From: Antedon mediterranea
Taxonomy: Eukaryota; Animalia; Echinodermata
Length of the DNA: 64,000 bases
Assembly (NCBI RefSeq): GCF_964355755.1
Contig: NC_092677.1
Coordinates: 23,795,175 to 23,859,174, forward strand
Direction of reading: 5' to 3'
Made by a program: the position numbers and the translations under genes. The notes under the pieces are model-generated. The model had not been told where the DNA came from. It searched no databases and saw only the letters and a program-made list of their open reading frames with translations. Of this stretch, positions 38,041 through 52,984 are shown one piece after another; position 1 is the first letter of the stretch; each line of letters starts with the position of its first letter.

Positions 38041-41000
38041 TGTATTCATCTATTTTTTAGATTAAAATCGCTTACATGTTTATTCGTTTATTTTTTCATG
38101 AAACCCTTCATCTATCCATGTATTCCTCCTTTGTTCATTCTTTTATTTTGCTATGCTTGATTGTGTATGGCATTAATTGATCCGGGTCTCTATCCATAGT
38201 TGTGAAATGTGAACTTTATTGGGGAACTTAACGCCATCTAGTACCTCATAATAGGTTGCATAGAAGTAGTTTGGCATGATATAAGAGAGCTCTGTTTGTA
38301 AGTAAGGGCCTTTTAGGTATCACTTTAATTAGGAATTTCAGTATACAGATCCAATGTTATAACATACCAATTAGCCGTAAAAACCTTGAGTATCCAACAT
38401 GAAAGTATCCCAGCTGCTTTAACTTTAGTTGCAATGGAGCATAGCAAAATTCCGCCCAGGGCACAAATGACGACTGACTTTCAGTTTGTTTATAAACAGT
38501 TTATGGAAACTGTCGAGTCCTGCATTAATCACAGCCTACACCTCACCTATGCGTTTCTTTATGACACGTATACATAACGAAGGGAAGTATTTAGGTTCAG
38601 ATTTCGATGAAATATGCATTACATTGCAATACACTATAGCCTATCCATTCCTCGTGGCCTAGCATTCAAGGATGCTACACCACCCCGACCAGAACCACCT
38701 CCCAGCCCTGAGGCCAGTCGGTGAAAACAGACAAGATCGCGGTGTGTATATACCCTAGTCCATCTTTATCCCATGTGCGACTTATCATTTAATTAACTGG
38801 GTTTATTTATAACAACTCAATAGTCCTTCGTTCATTGCATGCTATTATGGCATCATTAGGAGAAGAACCTTGGAATAAGAAAATGATACGATATCTTGAT
38901 AAACTTCGCACTCATTCCATATCTTATTGCAATTATATAACTATCTTCTTGCAGTAATTAGACACTTTCAAAGTTTCAATTATTCGCGTTTGAGTTGTTA
39001 TTATTAACAGCACAATTGAGAATGAAGTGGCCTATACCAATCGTTTAAAAATAGACGACATTAAACATACTTTAAATCAAAAGCACTTTCAACTCTATCC
39101 ACAATAAACGTTGAACAAGACCTACAAATAATGAATATTTATGAGTGCAATGGTACAATTAATCTCATGATGTGAAAAACACATTTTCATATTTCACTGA
39201 ATGAAATTACTTCATTGAACTTTTATCATTTGTTTTATAACACACCTATACTTTTAATGAGAGGCTAGGCCAATGTTTTCCATATTTTGTTTTAGGCCTA
39301 CTATTACCTTAGATGTGTGTACTTTCATTGTATGTAGACATATGCAATGCTTTAGTGTCAGTAAAGACAGAATAAATAAAAATATATAAAGCAGTACGTT
39401 GTTGATGTAGTGTTAATGATGATTAGGCCTATTATCGACTACACGAAGCAGCTTTGCGTAATATAAGACCTGTACAGGTTTTTAAAAAGTTTTAAACACA
39501 GAATGACTTTATTCTATATTCATTGAACAGCAAGAATTGTTTATGTTCATGAAAAAATGACCATGACGACAGTGTGTGTAGTAGACATAAATGCAGGGGA
39601 AAAATCCCTGGTTTAGCACTCCTAAGTATAGCCCTTTTACGTTGAGTTGTCTTGGGCTGTTGATGCTCTGAGGCCCAGATTTACGCAATAAGCGCTCATA
39701 ACCGTTACTCAATGTGTTGATGAGTAAGTTGTAGGCCTGACAAACGAAGATGAATGTAGTGACGGTGATAGAGATGCAAACGTTGTAAATGATAGCAAAC
39801 AGTGTTGGTATGCAGCAATTACGTTGATTAATGAATACCGGTAATCATCTTGTTGATAAAAGTTATACCACAATGGGCATGACAATAATGGGCAACAGTT
39901 ACAGGGTCAAGCTAGGCCTACGAAAGCATCGACATACAAGGCATTTAAAGGAGAATGGCCATACAAGATCTTATTCATTATAAACAATTGTTCCTTAACA
40001 AGACCATCCGTGCTTCGCTGCAGATAACTACAACAAAACATTAACCTTAAAATCGATTAGATAGATTGTAGATACTCATTTTGTTTTTTGAAAACGAATC
40101 TGTAAAGTTTGCAAATGTAAAGAGGTTGAAAATGAATATCACTTTGTTTTAGTATGTCCATACTACAAATACTCCTTCTTAAAACCTTGTTATTTTAATC
40201 GACCAACAAATAAAAAGTTCATTTTACGAATGAATGAATGAATGAACGATTTATGAATAACCTGTTAGTGGCGGTATTTATCGCTGTTGGTTTTGACTGA
40301 ATAAAATAAAATAAAATAACAAAAAGAAAGAAAATAATCAATAACCTGGTAAGATTTGCCTTTTTTGCATATAAAAAGAGAACTAATTATGTTGCTGTTA
40401 CTATACTACTTCAATTTAATTATATTTTTTGTTTTCTATTATTGTACTTAGGCTAGTGGCTTACATACCAATGAATAAACCATTTTGACATCCCTGAATT
40501 TAAAACTATTAAAAAAATGTTTCACAAAAACTTCGTTTAATTGTGATTCCTAACTAGATCGTGTTTTAACTATCATCTTGAAGTATGAGGCTTGAGTCAT
40601 GTTATTGTTATTTTAAAACTTGTTTAAGTGCTAAAATAAAATGTGTTCTGTTTTTCTTACCTAAAAAGCGGCGTTGCTGATTGACATCATCTTTTTAATT
40701 TTTTTTGTAATTATTCAAAATGATAATTAAGCATATCCTAACAATTGCAATCTTTTTTCGTTTAATTTTAGATATAATTTTTTTGTATTATTCATTTTTC
40801 TGTAATAATTCGTTGCAGTAGGCCTACCGTAGGTTTGTTGTGCACATTATCTACTAGCATTGGTCTTGCATATTGTGATAGTAAAATCCGTTTTATCCCA
40901 TGTGAGAACTTTCAAGTTCAAAAAGGTCGAGTGAAATAAAGTAGTTATAATGTACTAGTTGACAGCCCCCATCAAGGCGGAAGTCATTAATCACTGTGAC

Positions 41001-44000
41001 GTCATTATTATCGTCGTACCTCCATTTTTATTATATCGGAAATAATTTTTGGGGAAGATGGGTAGAAGGGGACGTAGGATTGGATGGGTGTGTGAAAGGT
41101 GGCGGGGGTGGGGGTGGTGGTGGTGTGTGCAATCGGTGACTTTTCTTCGCGATACCAATGCCAGGCCTGATCTACCGTATCTCTCATCAATCATTTGAAA
41201 ACTGCTTGTATCATCCGCCCTCTGATCAATTTCCAATACGGTAGTAGGCCTTCAATGAAAAAAATATTAATATTATTTACCGCACGAGAATTTTTATTTG
41301 TGTTTATGCTTGCCTGTGTACACATTACGTTTCGTTAACCCTTAGTGCAATTAACATTGGGTAATTTCTATTCCCACGTAATAAGGTAGACATTTTACCG
41401 CCTACACTATTTTTAACTTTAAATATTTATCTTAATGATCTACAAATCAACTGTTTTTTACGAATAATCCGTAGGCAATATTTTGAAATATATTAACATG
41501 TCGCAAACGTGAAGGAATCTATTAGCAGGCCTTAGTGGCCGAAAAGAACCCTCTTTGGATCCCCTTATGTGGGTAGTTAAGTGCCGCGTGTCTCTGCTCT
41601 CGCGACTGCCATGGTCACCAAGAACAGCCCTTATTTCCGGATGTAGTTTGTAACTTTAAAATATGCAATTATTGTATTATTATAAATACTTTTTTTTCTG
41701 ATAATTATTGGATCTTTACACGCTGATCAAAACGTATACCGTAAAAAATATGAAAGCTAGAATCAACTAAACAGATTGTTAATTCAAAGCAATAGCTTTT
41801 TTATTATAATATAATATTATTAATATAACATTATGATATTTTATATTATTAGGAAAACAAATTACACTTTAGATACAAATTACACTGTAGATACAAATTA
41901 CACTGTAGATACAACAAGTAAACAATTTTGACAATAAAGTTATCTTGTATCTTGTATCTTGCATCTTGTACACTGCACTGTGTAGCCTTACACGATAATA
42001 TACAAATGTGATATACGCCCTCTATCATGTTGTCGTACATTTTTCATCAAACTTTAATTTTGTTTTTCACCTGAAAAATAGTTTATGAAATATTTTTGTT
42101 CTTGAATGTGCTATTTTAATATCATATAATATTTATCCACTTTGACCAAAAATTGGATCGGGAAACATTTATATTTGGATAAAACTGTAATTTAAAGAAA
42201 AAATTAATCAGATTGATAAAAAGTTTTGTTAATGTAACTGTTTATTCTGTCTTTTTAAATGATATCATTATTTACCCCCTTCCCCCTTCCCATCCCCTCG
42301 CCCACACCGAAGTTTATTAGCATGACTACACAATGGCTTATTCAAAGTCTAATTTGATTAATCTTCATTTTTCATGTTTTTTGGGGGGAACAATAAATCT
42401 TATAATATAAAGTATATTTCCATAGAGTGCTAATATTGTCTCGATCGAATGTTTAATTTGTTTACAAATGGCATTTGATAATATTTCCTATTACAGGAAC
42501 AATTCACCTGTCATTGTGTTATATAGTAGTACATAAATTAACTGTAGGTGGTTGAGTGACAACGTCAGATCACATGAACGATATTAAATGAACTATAACA
42601 TCGTTACCCAGTTAAAAACAATATTTTGATTATTTTTAAATGTTACTTTCCGATTTATGCTTTAATGTGCTATTTAGTTGCAATTAAAGAAATTGTTATG
42701 ATAAATATTAACACCAGACATTATTTTTACTATAAACTATTTAGTTTTCAATGAGGAAAAGAGATTTTAAGTTCTTCCAACAGGTATATTATATATATAT
42801 GTTTTAAAGACGCGTGTATGGTTCCATATTGCAAGGAACAGAATATACCAACTCAAATGTACGAGTATTCATTCATTCATTTAAAACAGCCAGAAATTGC
42901 ATAGCTTTCGGATAACACTGACCTTACTCAGTATTATTATGATGGATGAGAGAAAATGTTAACATTGAATATTGAAATTAACAATTCAATTTGTTTAAAC
43001 ATTTTAAATTTAATTCGACAGCCATGCATTAAATTGTGAAATAATAGGCCATATTCGAATAGAAATATCCATTATGATTTCATATTATTATTATAGGCCT
43101 ATTATTTTGTGTAAAATATGTGCATGTATCATTCGGTATATTGGATATAATAAATAACTAAACTATGGAAATGTTTCATATACTACAGTTATTATACTAT
43201 AATAGTTAGTAGAAAACATCCAATGCCACGTGATATATAAATGACAATCTCAAGGTTTCACAACTTAAAATTACTACTTAGTTTGGTTAATTATCATATT
43301 CAACACAAAGAAAATATTAATTCTAAACAACAATTTACAAAAAGACACAATTCTTACCAAACGCAGACGTGCGCCATGTGCGTCATCAGAACCCGTATAT
43401 TTTGCGAACGCGCCATGTCATGTCACGGACGCATGCTTACGATTAATTCGTTACAATTGTTCGTTTCTCTTTTAAATAACAAAAAAATATACTAAGTAAC
43501 TGCGTTTTACATACCGTTCTAGAATGACAATGAACGTTTACTACCAGTAAAATTATAAGTCTATTATCGGATTAATTGGTCTATTACGTGGAATAATTAT
43601 ATCCTTTTCGAAGGCGCGCGTTCACTTAATCGTTTGATTATAGGACAAATGTATATTTCTTTGATTGAAACATAATGGTTGGTAGCTCATTGCCTCGGTA
43701 GAAATAACAACATAATATAACTCGATCTTTATTGAATTCAATCATAAATACGGTACATTTTCTGGCAAAGTAATTATTTTTTTATGATCAGTGCGGTTTT
43801 TTATTTTCTCATCCAACAACAGAGCATAATTTTATTCAACGTTTTCGGTTGTTCGTTCTGTCTAGTATATTAGTATATTTCATGTGTCTTTCTATTTTTC
43901 ATTATTATTAATATTCTATTAGTGAAGTAAAGTATACGGAGCCAAACAGTATTAAATATATGTATTAAATCAAATAAATTACCCAATTATATTAACATCC

Positions 44001-44035
44001 AGAATGATAAAATCAAAATTTAGTTCAAATATGTT

Positions 44036-44216
44036 CCATTATCAAACTAGTTTGACAAAAAAAAAGTGTGATGTGCACAAATATCATGGTAATGATATGC
44101 TTAAATATGGTAGTGATATGCCCAAATATGGTAGTGATATGACATCATCTTGTCCATATTTAGGCACATCACATTTTTTTTTTGGTCACATAAAATTCGA
44201 TAGTGTACACAGAGTT
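44036..44216 (+). mobile_element. Harbinger-like MITE family A, near full length, 3 internal 21-bp units
   Basis: TATCAAACTAGTTTGACAAAA..GTGTGATGTG..(CCCAAATATGGTAGTGATATG)x3..GGCACATCACATTTT..GATAGTGTACACAGAGTT|TAA. Confidence 0.85.
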
Positions 44217-45819
44217 TAACAAATAGGCATTTGTTACGTACTAATTAGTACCGTAATCTCTCTTTTTTAAACAAATAATGATTTCGTTAAAAAGGCCAGA
44301 AACTTTCTTCGCGTTATGCGTCCTTGATAAAAGAAAATGTTTAGATATCACACACCCCCCCCCCCCCTCTAAATGCTATTTTCTACTATTGGTTCGTGTC
44401 AAGAATTGTATTCGATGAAATAATCTTTACAATAATCGATAGGTTGCTTTAATAAATTAACAGCGTGAATTAATATATTCATGATTTCAGTATATTAATA
44501 ATAATAAAATAAATAATTGTATAAAGATTTTTATTTGAACTTTAAGTGTTACTGATTGGTTTAATTGATCATAGGCTGATATAAAAAACTTCGCCATTTT
44601 GGACCGATGTGAACTAGGTCTAAGAAGAATATAATGTAATCCTGACGTCATCTCGTAAAATTGATTTGAAGCTCTAGAAGGAGAAAAGCATTCCAATTGT
44701 TCCATTAATAGGAACGTAATAACTGCTTGTAAAATGAAGATGCACATATATTATGTTTGGCCTGTTTACACTGATCGTAAATTTAATTTTATGGGAACAT
44801 AAACGCGGCGCAACGGAGCTGTGAAAAGAGGTTATCAAAAGCCAATCTACGCCATTAGTTTCAGTCCTGGGATAGGGGTATTGACCACTTAAGCGCGCCT
44901 AACAATTGTTTGTAGCCTATCTTACGTTTTGATTTTGGAATACTTATAAAGGAAATAAAAAGATAAATACTGGAATAATAATAATGAACGTCTTTATTTT
45001 GGATATTCATTCAATAATTTTACACATTTGTTCTTCGTGTAATTTCAGTAAAAAAATACAATAAAAAGGGAAATTATGAGATGTTGAAATGACGTGTATC
45101 ACAAGAAGCAAGACAAAATACAATTGAATTATTTGCATACTTTTTTTAATGGGTGTGTCTTACCAATATTATTTTATTTCTTCTTCATTGTCTACATATC
45201 GTGAACTAAACTTATTTTCATTCTCAATCTACTCATATCATACTGTACTCCACGTAAACATTTTCCATTTTCCACCAAATCTTTGAGTGATGTGACGACT
45301 CTTCTCTATTAAATTTCATATTCCTTGCTCAGTAATAAAGTATTTCTCTCAATATTTTCAATTTTACTGTGTTCGTTTACAACGCCTCGCATGTTAATCA
45401 ACGTCTACAGGTCCTATCTGTTAACGAGGCCAGTTTTAAGTAAAAGTTCTAGATATTGTTCTACCTTTTTAGATATTACGTTTTAGTGCGATTTTTATTA
45501 ATTTCATGTTTATTGTTTAATTCATTGCACACAGCATTATTGTAAAAGATTAAATTAACAACTGCAAGAGAAAAAAAAATACAGTTGGTCTGATATGTTG
45601 ATAGATAAAATGTATGTGCTCCACCCATGTACCGTACCGTACCGTACCGTACCCCCTCTACAATGTGGAATTTATGTACATACATAAATATAAAATTTGT
45701 TTAAAAAAAAATTGATTTAAAACATAATATAGGCGTATATAGGGAATTGTATTTACTATTGTTTGATTGATTGTATATATATTTCTCTCTTCAATCGAGC
45801 AAGCAGACATAAATTGGAT

Positions 45820-45937
45820 GCGCGCATAGCATTTTCATCAGCTATTAAACACGCGCGGGTAGCATTTTCATCAGCATTTAAACATCATCAGTTAAACACG
45901 AGCGCGTAGCGTTTTCATCAGCATTTAAACACGCGCG
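45820..45937. repeat. Degenerate tandem repeat of about 33 bp (GCGTAGCATTTTCATCAGCATTTAAACACGC)
   Basis: 3-4 units; core shared with 63150-63335. Confidence 0.75.
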
Positions 45938-48183
45938 ACGAATTGTGTGTGTTCCGGAGTAGCACACTTGACTCAACACCTACACATACGTCATCAAGCC
46001 TTAGGAAACTGAAGCGATTTGAACGGGCTACTTAGTGCCGCATCTCATCACTTGTAATCACACTACCAAGTGCCCGCTGCCATGAAGTGCTTGCAGATAT
46101 CTCACCTACGAAACATCCATCATTAAACATGCTGAACGTATAATTTAAAAGTTGAACTCTGCGTTCCGTTCGGTCATGAGGCACTATAAACAAATTGAAT
46201 ATACAATTCTATGTACTTTAAAAAACCCAAATACCATTAAACATGATACAACTCAGATATATTTCATAAAAAATGTGTCCATTTGCAGGCACAAATTAAA
46301 AAAAAAGTATTTATTATCGATTATTAATACCCTCAACTATTTAAAAAGTTTCATCAGGCTACGGATAATAATTGTTTCGTGTTCGCTATTCAATTATTAT
46401 GTTAATATTAATTTAAATTCAAAGTTCCATATTGTAGGCCCTAAGTAAATCTAAACGCTATATATTCATTCATTCATTCATTTTATTTGGTCAAAACCAT
46501 TGTCCACACTACCTAGACAAGACAACAAGTAAAAGATAACGAGCACTGCACATAAAATGGAATTAAAATGGTATAAAACTGCAATAAAACAATACATTTT
46601 AACTAAAACAATATCTATATTTTATTAAACCAAGAAAGAGTGAAATCACATTACATTATTAAAGTATTGTAGTTTCACGCTTCTCGGATTAAACTTTCTT
46701 CTTCTAAGCAAAAAAAAAAAATAGTTTGATTCTATTATATTCTGTGTTGTGTTGTCTATATAACCTTAACCAACTCAATGTTAATCCCAAAAATGTTACG
46801 ATAATGTTAGGTGCAAAAGGTTAAACCCGTTGTATTGTAAGTATGTGAACATATAGTTCTGTCACAATGAATGTCCTTATTGTTGTAGTTTTATGCTTGT
46901 TATCTTTTACTTGTTGTCCTCATATCAGTCAGGGGGAAATTTGAAATTACGTATTGCATTAAAATTGGGACGACCCCACAAAAGAAAACATGTTATATTG
47001 AATGTTTTAAGAAAACACTAATACTGTACTAAAAATACACGAGAAAGAGATTAGTAGGCTGCAGGTTCTGTGTTGTCGAAACTTCTGTGTTCTGAGTCCT
47101 GACACTGACAGACGTTTGTTTGGTACGAAGATGATGTCAATTTACGGGTCAAGTGGCAATATTATGGGATATATTGAATTCTTGATCGGTGTTGGTGTTT
47201 TTTTTTTATTCTGTTGGTGGTCGAATCGTTCAAAAGCCCTATACTCAATCTGTCATATTAGATGCTTCACGAGAAACCCGAACTGTTCGTTATGTTTCTT
47301 CTCATTGGCTATCCCACTGTGATACAGACATTCATATTAGGGATCATATCATAAATGCGTTCGCTTTATCTTAACTATATCTATATTTTCAAAAGTTATT
47401 AATAAAAAACTGGCATAACCAAAACTGATTAGGTATCACGTCCGTACTGAAAACAGTGATTCAATCAGGTTTGTTGCTGTGAAAGATGGGTTGTGTACAG
47501 TAGGTTCACTAGATAAGTTACTAAAAACTAACTGTTTAATACCTAAAATTTAGATAATATCTAGTATGTTATATTATAGTATTATTGAATAAATTCGAAA
47601 AACATTAATCGAAATTTAATTTTTGTTTTACCATTAATGTTAAACCGGGAACGTAATTTTAATTACCAGACTTAAGTTTAAAGAGATGAAGGTAAAACAC
47701 AATCACTTGTTATTATTTAAAAATAAAAGTAAAACAATTTCAGTACATTTAAAACTATTGAGATGGATGGATCTCAACATTCTGGAACATTACGGTACCT
47801 AATTAATGCCTGAAGTTTATTACATTTCACATTAATTAAAACTCAGAGGCATTTGTAATACAATTGATAGTAGTATAGTCATATTAATGTATACAAACTA
47901 CACACAATTAATCACAATGATCTGAGGCTGAAATTATGGAAATATAATATTTATATGAAAGCTACTATGCAAAAGGTGTAGGCCTATTGCAGTTTATTTG
48001 ACCTTGTTGACGTCATACAGATATTAAAAAAACATATTTGCTGATAAAATGGTTAAATTTGGGAAGCATTTGGCAATATAGGCTGTATTATATTGATCAA
48101 TAATTTCCTCTATAAAGGCAAATCTCATAACATCATAGACCTGTTTTTCTTGGCCTATTTCCGTGATATGTTGCACTCCTTAT

Positions 48184-48303
48184 GCTATCAAATCTGTTTG
48201 ACAAAAAAGTGTGATTACCCAAATATGATAGTGACACTACCAAATATGGTAGTGATATGGGCACATCACATTTTCATCACATAAAGTTTGATAGTGCAGT
48301 GCT
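48184..48303 (+). mobile_element. Harbinger-like MITE family A copy
   Basis: CTATCAAATCTGTTTGACAAAAAAGTGTGA..CAAATATGGTAGTGATATGGGCACATCACATTTT..AAAGTTTGATAGTG. Confidence 0.8.
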
Positions 48304-49524
48304 TTATAGTGTAATATATGACTGGCCAAACTGTCGTTTATTGGGAAAGAAAGATTAAAAGGTATATAACACTGAAACAATCTCTCTCAATATATTATTG
48401 AAACACAATATTCCATCTGTTTATGAAATGTTTAGACTGAATTTTTTTTTTCAAGAATTAAGAAAAGCAAAGACAAAATGTTAAAAATTGTATATATGAA
48501 TATTTATTGTTATATTCCAAAATGTATTTTTAGTGGAGACAGGCGCGGCACTACGTTTATGTCATCAGATGATTCTTGTTGTCACATAATGCTTTGTTTT
48601 TCTTCTCTTTTTTTATTGTGTATGTTTCATATGGACATTTGAATTGAATTAGAGAGCTTAAGGTTAGGACTAAAATATCTCTCTAGTTAAAAAAGAGATA
48701 TCTCTAAATATTAGAAACAGTATCTGAATAAAAAAACTATATTTGGGTAATAATTTCCCCCAAATATACCACTTTGGCGCACTATAGTAAAAATTGTAGA
48801 TATTGCAGTCAGTTCTCACCTGGATTACCAATACTCCAGGTGTGCAAAAAATTCGGTTGTTAGTCATGATTGTTCGTGCAACCGAACGTCAGTAGGAAGT
48901 GTGTTGTTTTACCTCAAAGTAAAATGCCGAATATTCTTTCCCGTTCGGCGTTATTCAACTGTACATTTTCCTGTTCCTGTGCACTGTACTAGGAAATTAT
49001 TAAAAGTTCATTTTTGATACGTATGTTTCTATTTATTTCTCCCGCAGAAATACAACTGAATCCGTTTACTGTGGTATAACTGTACTTTATATTGACAATT
49101 TAGTATTACAGGTTGAATTTACTTTACGCAATACAAGCGTTTCCGAAATAGATTACCTTTACTATTATAGCTTCATTACGGTAATCAACAGTGAAAAAGG
49201 AGAGCAATAATGGTTGAGAAACCCACTTAAATCCGCGGGTGCCGGGCAGAAAACGGTATTTTCCGTCCCCTCTAACCTCTCACCTACGAGGCTGCATCTC
49301 TCAAAATTACGTAATTAAACCGCAATTTTCCCTGAAATTATGTTTTACGTTCTGTTTCGCAAAAATTGCTGAATCTGGGTGGGCTGTACATTTTGATATG
49401 ACCATAAGGCCATTACTGAATTCGAATGCTCGTAACGATTTTATTTCATGACAATTATTATCAATATGACTGCAACTGCAGCATAGGCACCAATGCTATA
49501 ATACTGTAATCATTATCACTATTA

Positions 49525-49600
49525 ATTTCATTTCATTTCATTTATTTATTCGAAATAAAAAATGTCATGGGGCCTCAAAAGAAACAAATGGAGGCCCCTG
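49525..49600 (-). mobile_element. LINE (CR1/L2-like) 3' tail remnant
   Basis: GGGGCCTC..GAGGCCCC stem followed on the minus strand by AATAAATAAAT(GAAAT)n; a similar (GAAAT)n tail lies at 6349-6375 (+). Confidence 0.4.
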
Positions 49601-51439
49601 AAGAATTTAATTACATATAATTATTTATCAATATACAATAGGCCTATACATTTAAAACTGGCCATGATAACCATCATCCTATTATCCGCAATGTCTGATT
49701 AAAACCCACGAACCGTTATCATTATCAACCATTAGGCCTACTATAAAGTATCATGATGTATCGTCATTATCATTAACGTCATCATCATCATCATCTTCGT
49801 TTGATCAACATCGTTGTCATTATTATCATTATTTCCTTCACTAATATAGTTTTACCATATTATTATCTTGCTTATCAATATTATCATTGCCAGACATCAT
49901 CTTTATACTTTCTCATATCATCTGGATATTGCATGGCAATGAAGACGACATGATGACGTCAATCAAGCAACAAAAACACTATCATCAATATCTTTATTTG
50001 CATCATCATCATCAGCACCGTAATACATTTTTGCGCATCTCTTTTAGGCAGTTATATTCAAGAGAACGAAAGTATTAGGAAACAGTTACCATTCCGTATA
50101 GGTTACTAAGGACTGGGCATGCTCACGCACCAACGCACGTCTGGAAAAAGAGAGTCTATGAAAACATTTTCTGATAAATATTAAATCCATGCAGATGGTA
50201 CAGTAGTCTGTAAGATAAACAATGACTTCGTTTTGGCTGTCGACCTCGGCCGGTATTATAATAATTCACTGTCAGCAAATGGTCCAAAATATTTCTTCCT
50301 TTATGGTCATTTTTGGTTATCAGATGCCGGAGGTCCAATCATTATCGTCAGATGTTGAACATTTTCAGCAGCAGTAAAATCGACATAAATAGAAAAAGGC
50401 AGAAATTATTGATAATAAATAATATTGTTTCATACTTTATTAGACAGAACATAAAAGCAAAAAAAAAAAATTCTTATTGTGCCGTCACAAAGTCGAGCAG
50501 CGTTTTTTGTAAGAAATGTTATTGTTTATATTCATTCATTGGTATTACTTTATCATTAAATGTTTATATTCATTTTTATTATTTTATCATCATTACGATT
50601 ATAATCCACATATCATATTTATGCATGCCTTGTTTACTAAATCTTATTCGTAGATATTTTTTCTTTCTCGAATTCATCGATTTGTCTCTTATTTAAAATT
50701 CATTTTTAGGATGCTTAATAAATCTTATTATTTTAAATATGTTTTAACATTTAAGTGTCTGACATCATGTTAAAGGCTCGACAAAATGGAGACTATATAT
50801 TTAAAGGAACCAGAATATTTTTAAATAACGGCCGAGATAATTATGAAATTGGGTTAATTATCGTTTAGCATACTAAACATTATTTGTTAGCTACACTATT
50901 TATTATTATTTAAAAAGACAAAGAACAAAAAACTTGTACCCTGTGAATTATTGGTGTTTAGGTATCGTAATGTCTTATAACCGCCATGCAGACATCGTGT
51001 CTGTCATTCCCCCCATTTCATATCAACCCACAATTAGTCATTATTCATATTATATTGCATATCTCATTAATTTAACCTAACTATAACATTTACCATTTGT
51101 AAGATAGTTGATGTTTTCCATTTTTATTTATGTTAGAAATGAAACGCATTTTCTTTCGATAGGGAATTAAATTGGATGTGTTCGAATTAATTTTGTTTTG
51201 TCAGAATTCGAATTCTTTTCGGTATTTAATGTAAAATAATATAATTCCATTAAAAAATAAAAACATTATACAATTAATAATGAAAATAAGTGAATGAGTG
51301 GCTGACAATAAGAGTAAGTGTAATTGTTTAATTTGTGTTTGTATCTTTAAAATCTAAAACGCTGTCCTATACTTAACAGTTGAAACTAAAAAATAAAATC
51401 AGTGCAGAAGGAAAATGTGTAGATCACATTTTAAATTTT

Positions 51440-51810
51440 AAGTGTTAAATGTATGAAACGCCATATGTGCCACATTTTATCTTTACTAATTAAGTCGAAA
51501 CACTGTCTAGAAACTAGCAATGGAAAACTGCTAGAAATATACATTCCATAGGTTAGGTTCTGAAGGAATTGTTTGTTTTCAGATCATTTATAAGAATGCA
51601 TCACATGACGGCGTTCATATTTTTTTTACTGACATTTTTTATAGCTCAAGTATTAAATGTATAAAACGCCATATGTGCCAAATATATCTTTTTATAATTA
51701 TATTAACTATTTATTACACTAAACACTGTCTAGAACCTAGCAATGGAAACCTGCGCGAAATAAACATTCCATAAGGTTAGGTTCCGGAGGAATTGTTTGT
51801 TTCCAGATCA
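51440..51810. repeat. Local duplication, period about 208 bp
   Basis: AAGT.TTAAATGTAT.AAACGCCATATGTGCCA..AAACACTGTCTAGAA..GGTTAGGTTC..GGAATTGTTTGTTT.CAGATCA at 51440 and 51648. Confidence 0.9.
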
Positions 51811-52100
51811 AAGAGTAAAAGGAAGGAAAATGTCTTCGTCTATAGTTTGTCCTTTAAATATACTTTAATTGATAAATGCCAATCAGGGTCAATACAAGTC
51901 AAAGTTCTATATATCGAAGTTCATGTAGCATCAGGTCACACATGTCAATGGACCCCAATGACATATTAAAATAGCTTTATATTGTTTCTTACGTAAGACA
52001 ATGTATATAGCCTACTTTTTTTCACCACGGAAAAATTCGTTTATCTTGCAGTTGGCTGCCAATTATTGTTGTATTCTAGTGCGCGCAAAATAACGTTAAT

Positions 52101-52230
52101 AAAAATATGTGATGTGCCCAAATATGGTAGTGAAATAATCAAATATGGTAGTGATATGACATCATCATGTCCATATATTGGCACATCACATTTTTTGTCA
52201 CATAAACTTTGATAGTGTATATACAGTGCT
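52101..52230 (+). mobile_element. Harbinger-like MITE family A, 3' part
   Basis: TGTGATGTGCCCAAATATGGTAGTG..GACATCATCATGTCCATAT..GGCACATCACATTTTTTGTCACATAAACTTTGATAGTGTA..GTGCT|TTA. Confidence 0.8.
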
Positions 52231-52956
52231 TTAGAATGTCTTGAAATCAAATTTACTAAATATTGATGCAAGGAAAATAGCGGTTTAGCTAATGCTGATG
52301 TAAATATAAAAAGTTTGCATCTCCGATTCCACATGCTATCGTAATATCCTATTTTCAATTTTGCAGTATCATCCAAATTCTATAATATAGTGTCACATAA
52401 TACCACATGTTTTACGTTACGTTAACTTATTTAACTTTTTCATAAGTACGTTTTTTTTAAATCAATTTTTATCGTCAGTTTACTGCCATCGACATATTTT
52501 AATTAATTGTATTTTTAAAAATGTATATGAATGTAAATGTGGTTACTTCTTAACATCAAAATAATATTAGTCTTATGTATATACTGTTCAAAAGATATGT
52601 ATTTTTTTAACAATGTACCTTATAAATAAGAGAATTATATAAATGTGCATATATACATATATTATTTATATTTATAGAACTATAATAAAAGTGGGACGAA
52701 CCCACACAAGACAAAAAAAAACTTATGGGACAGGATTCACATGTGATACATGTTACAACATATCATAGACTTTGCCTATGGTGTTTAACATATGTCATCT
52801 TTGAATACCGGTATTTTATTCATTTGTTTTAAATAGGAAATGAGTAGGGGCCTAATTTGTTTTTTTGGTTACACAATTAGTTTGTTATTGACAATTAGTT
52901 TGTTAGTATCATTTTGCTATTTTGTATTACCTGAATAGATTTATATATAGTTTAAG

Positions 52957-52984
52957 CAGGAAGAGTGAATTTCACTCTTCTCTG
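52957..52984. mobile_element. Foldback footprint related to 17814-17844
   Basis: CAGGAAGAGTGAATTTCACTCTTCTCTG; same CAG(G/A)GAAGAGTGA terminus, arms overlap at AATT; no clear TSD. Confidence 0.45.

Noticed and set aside
37156-38065. Three overlapping 190-280 aa His/Pro/Ser-rich ORFs
   Set aside because: The G-poor (CCAT)n tract lacks stop codons by composition and has no domain features.
41050-41125. G-rich tract as a G-quadruplex element
   Set aside because: Irregular loops and no supporting context; indistinguishable from simple sequence.
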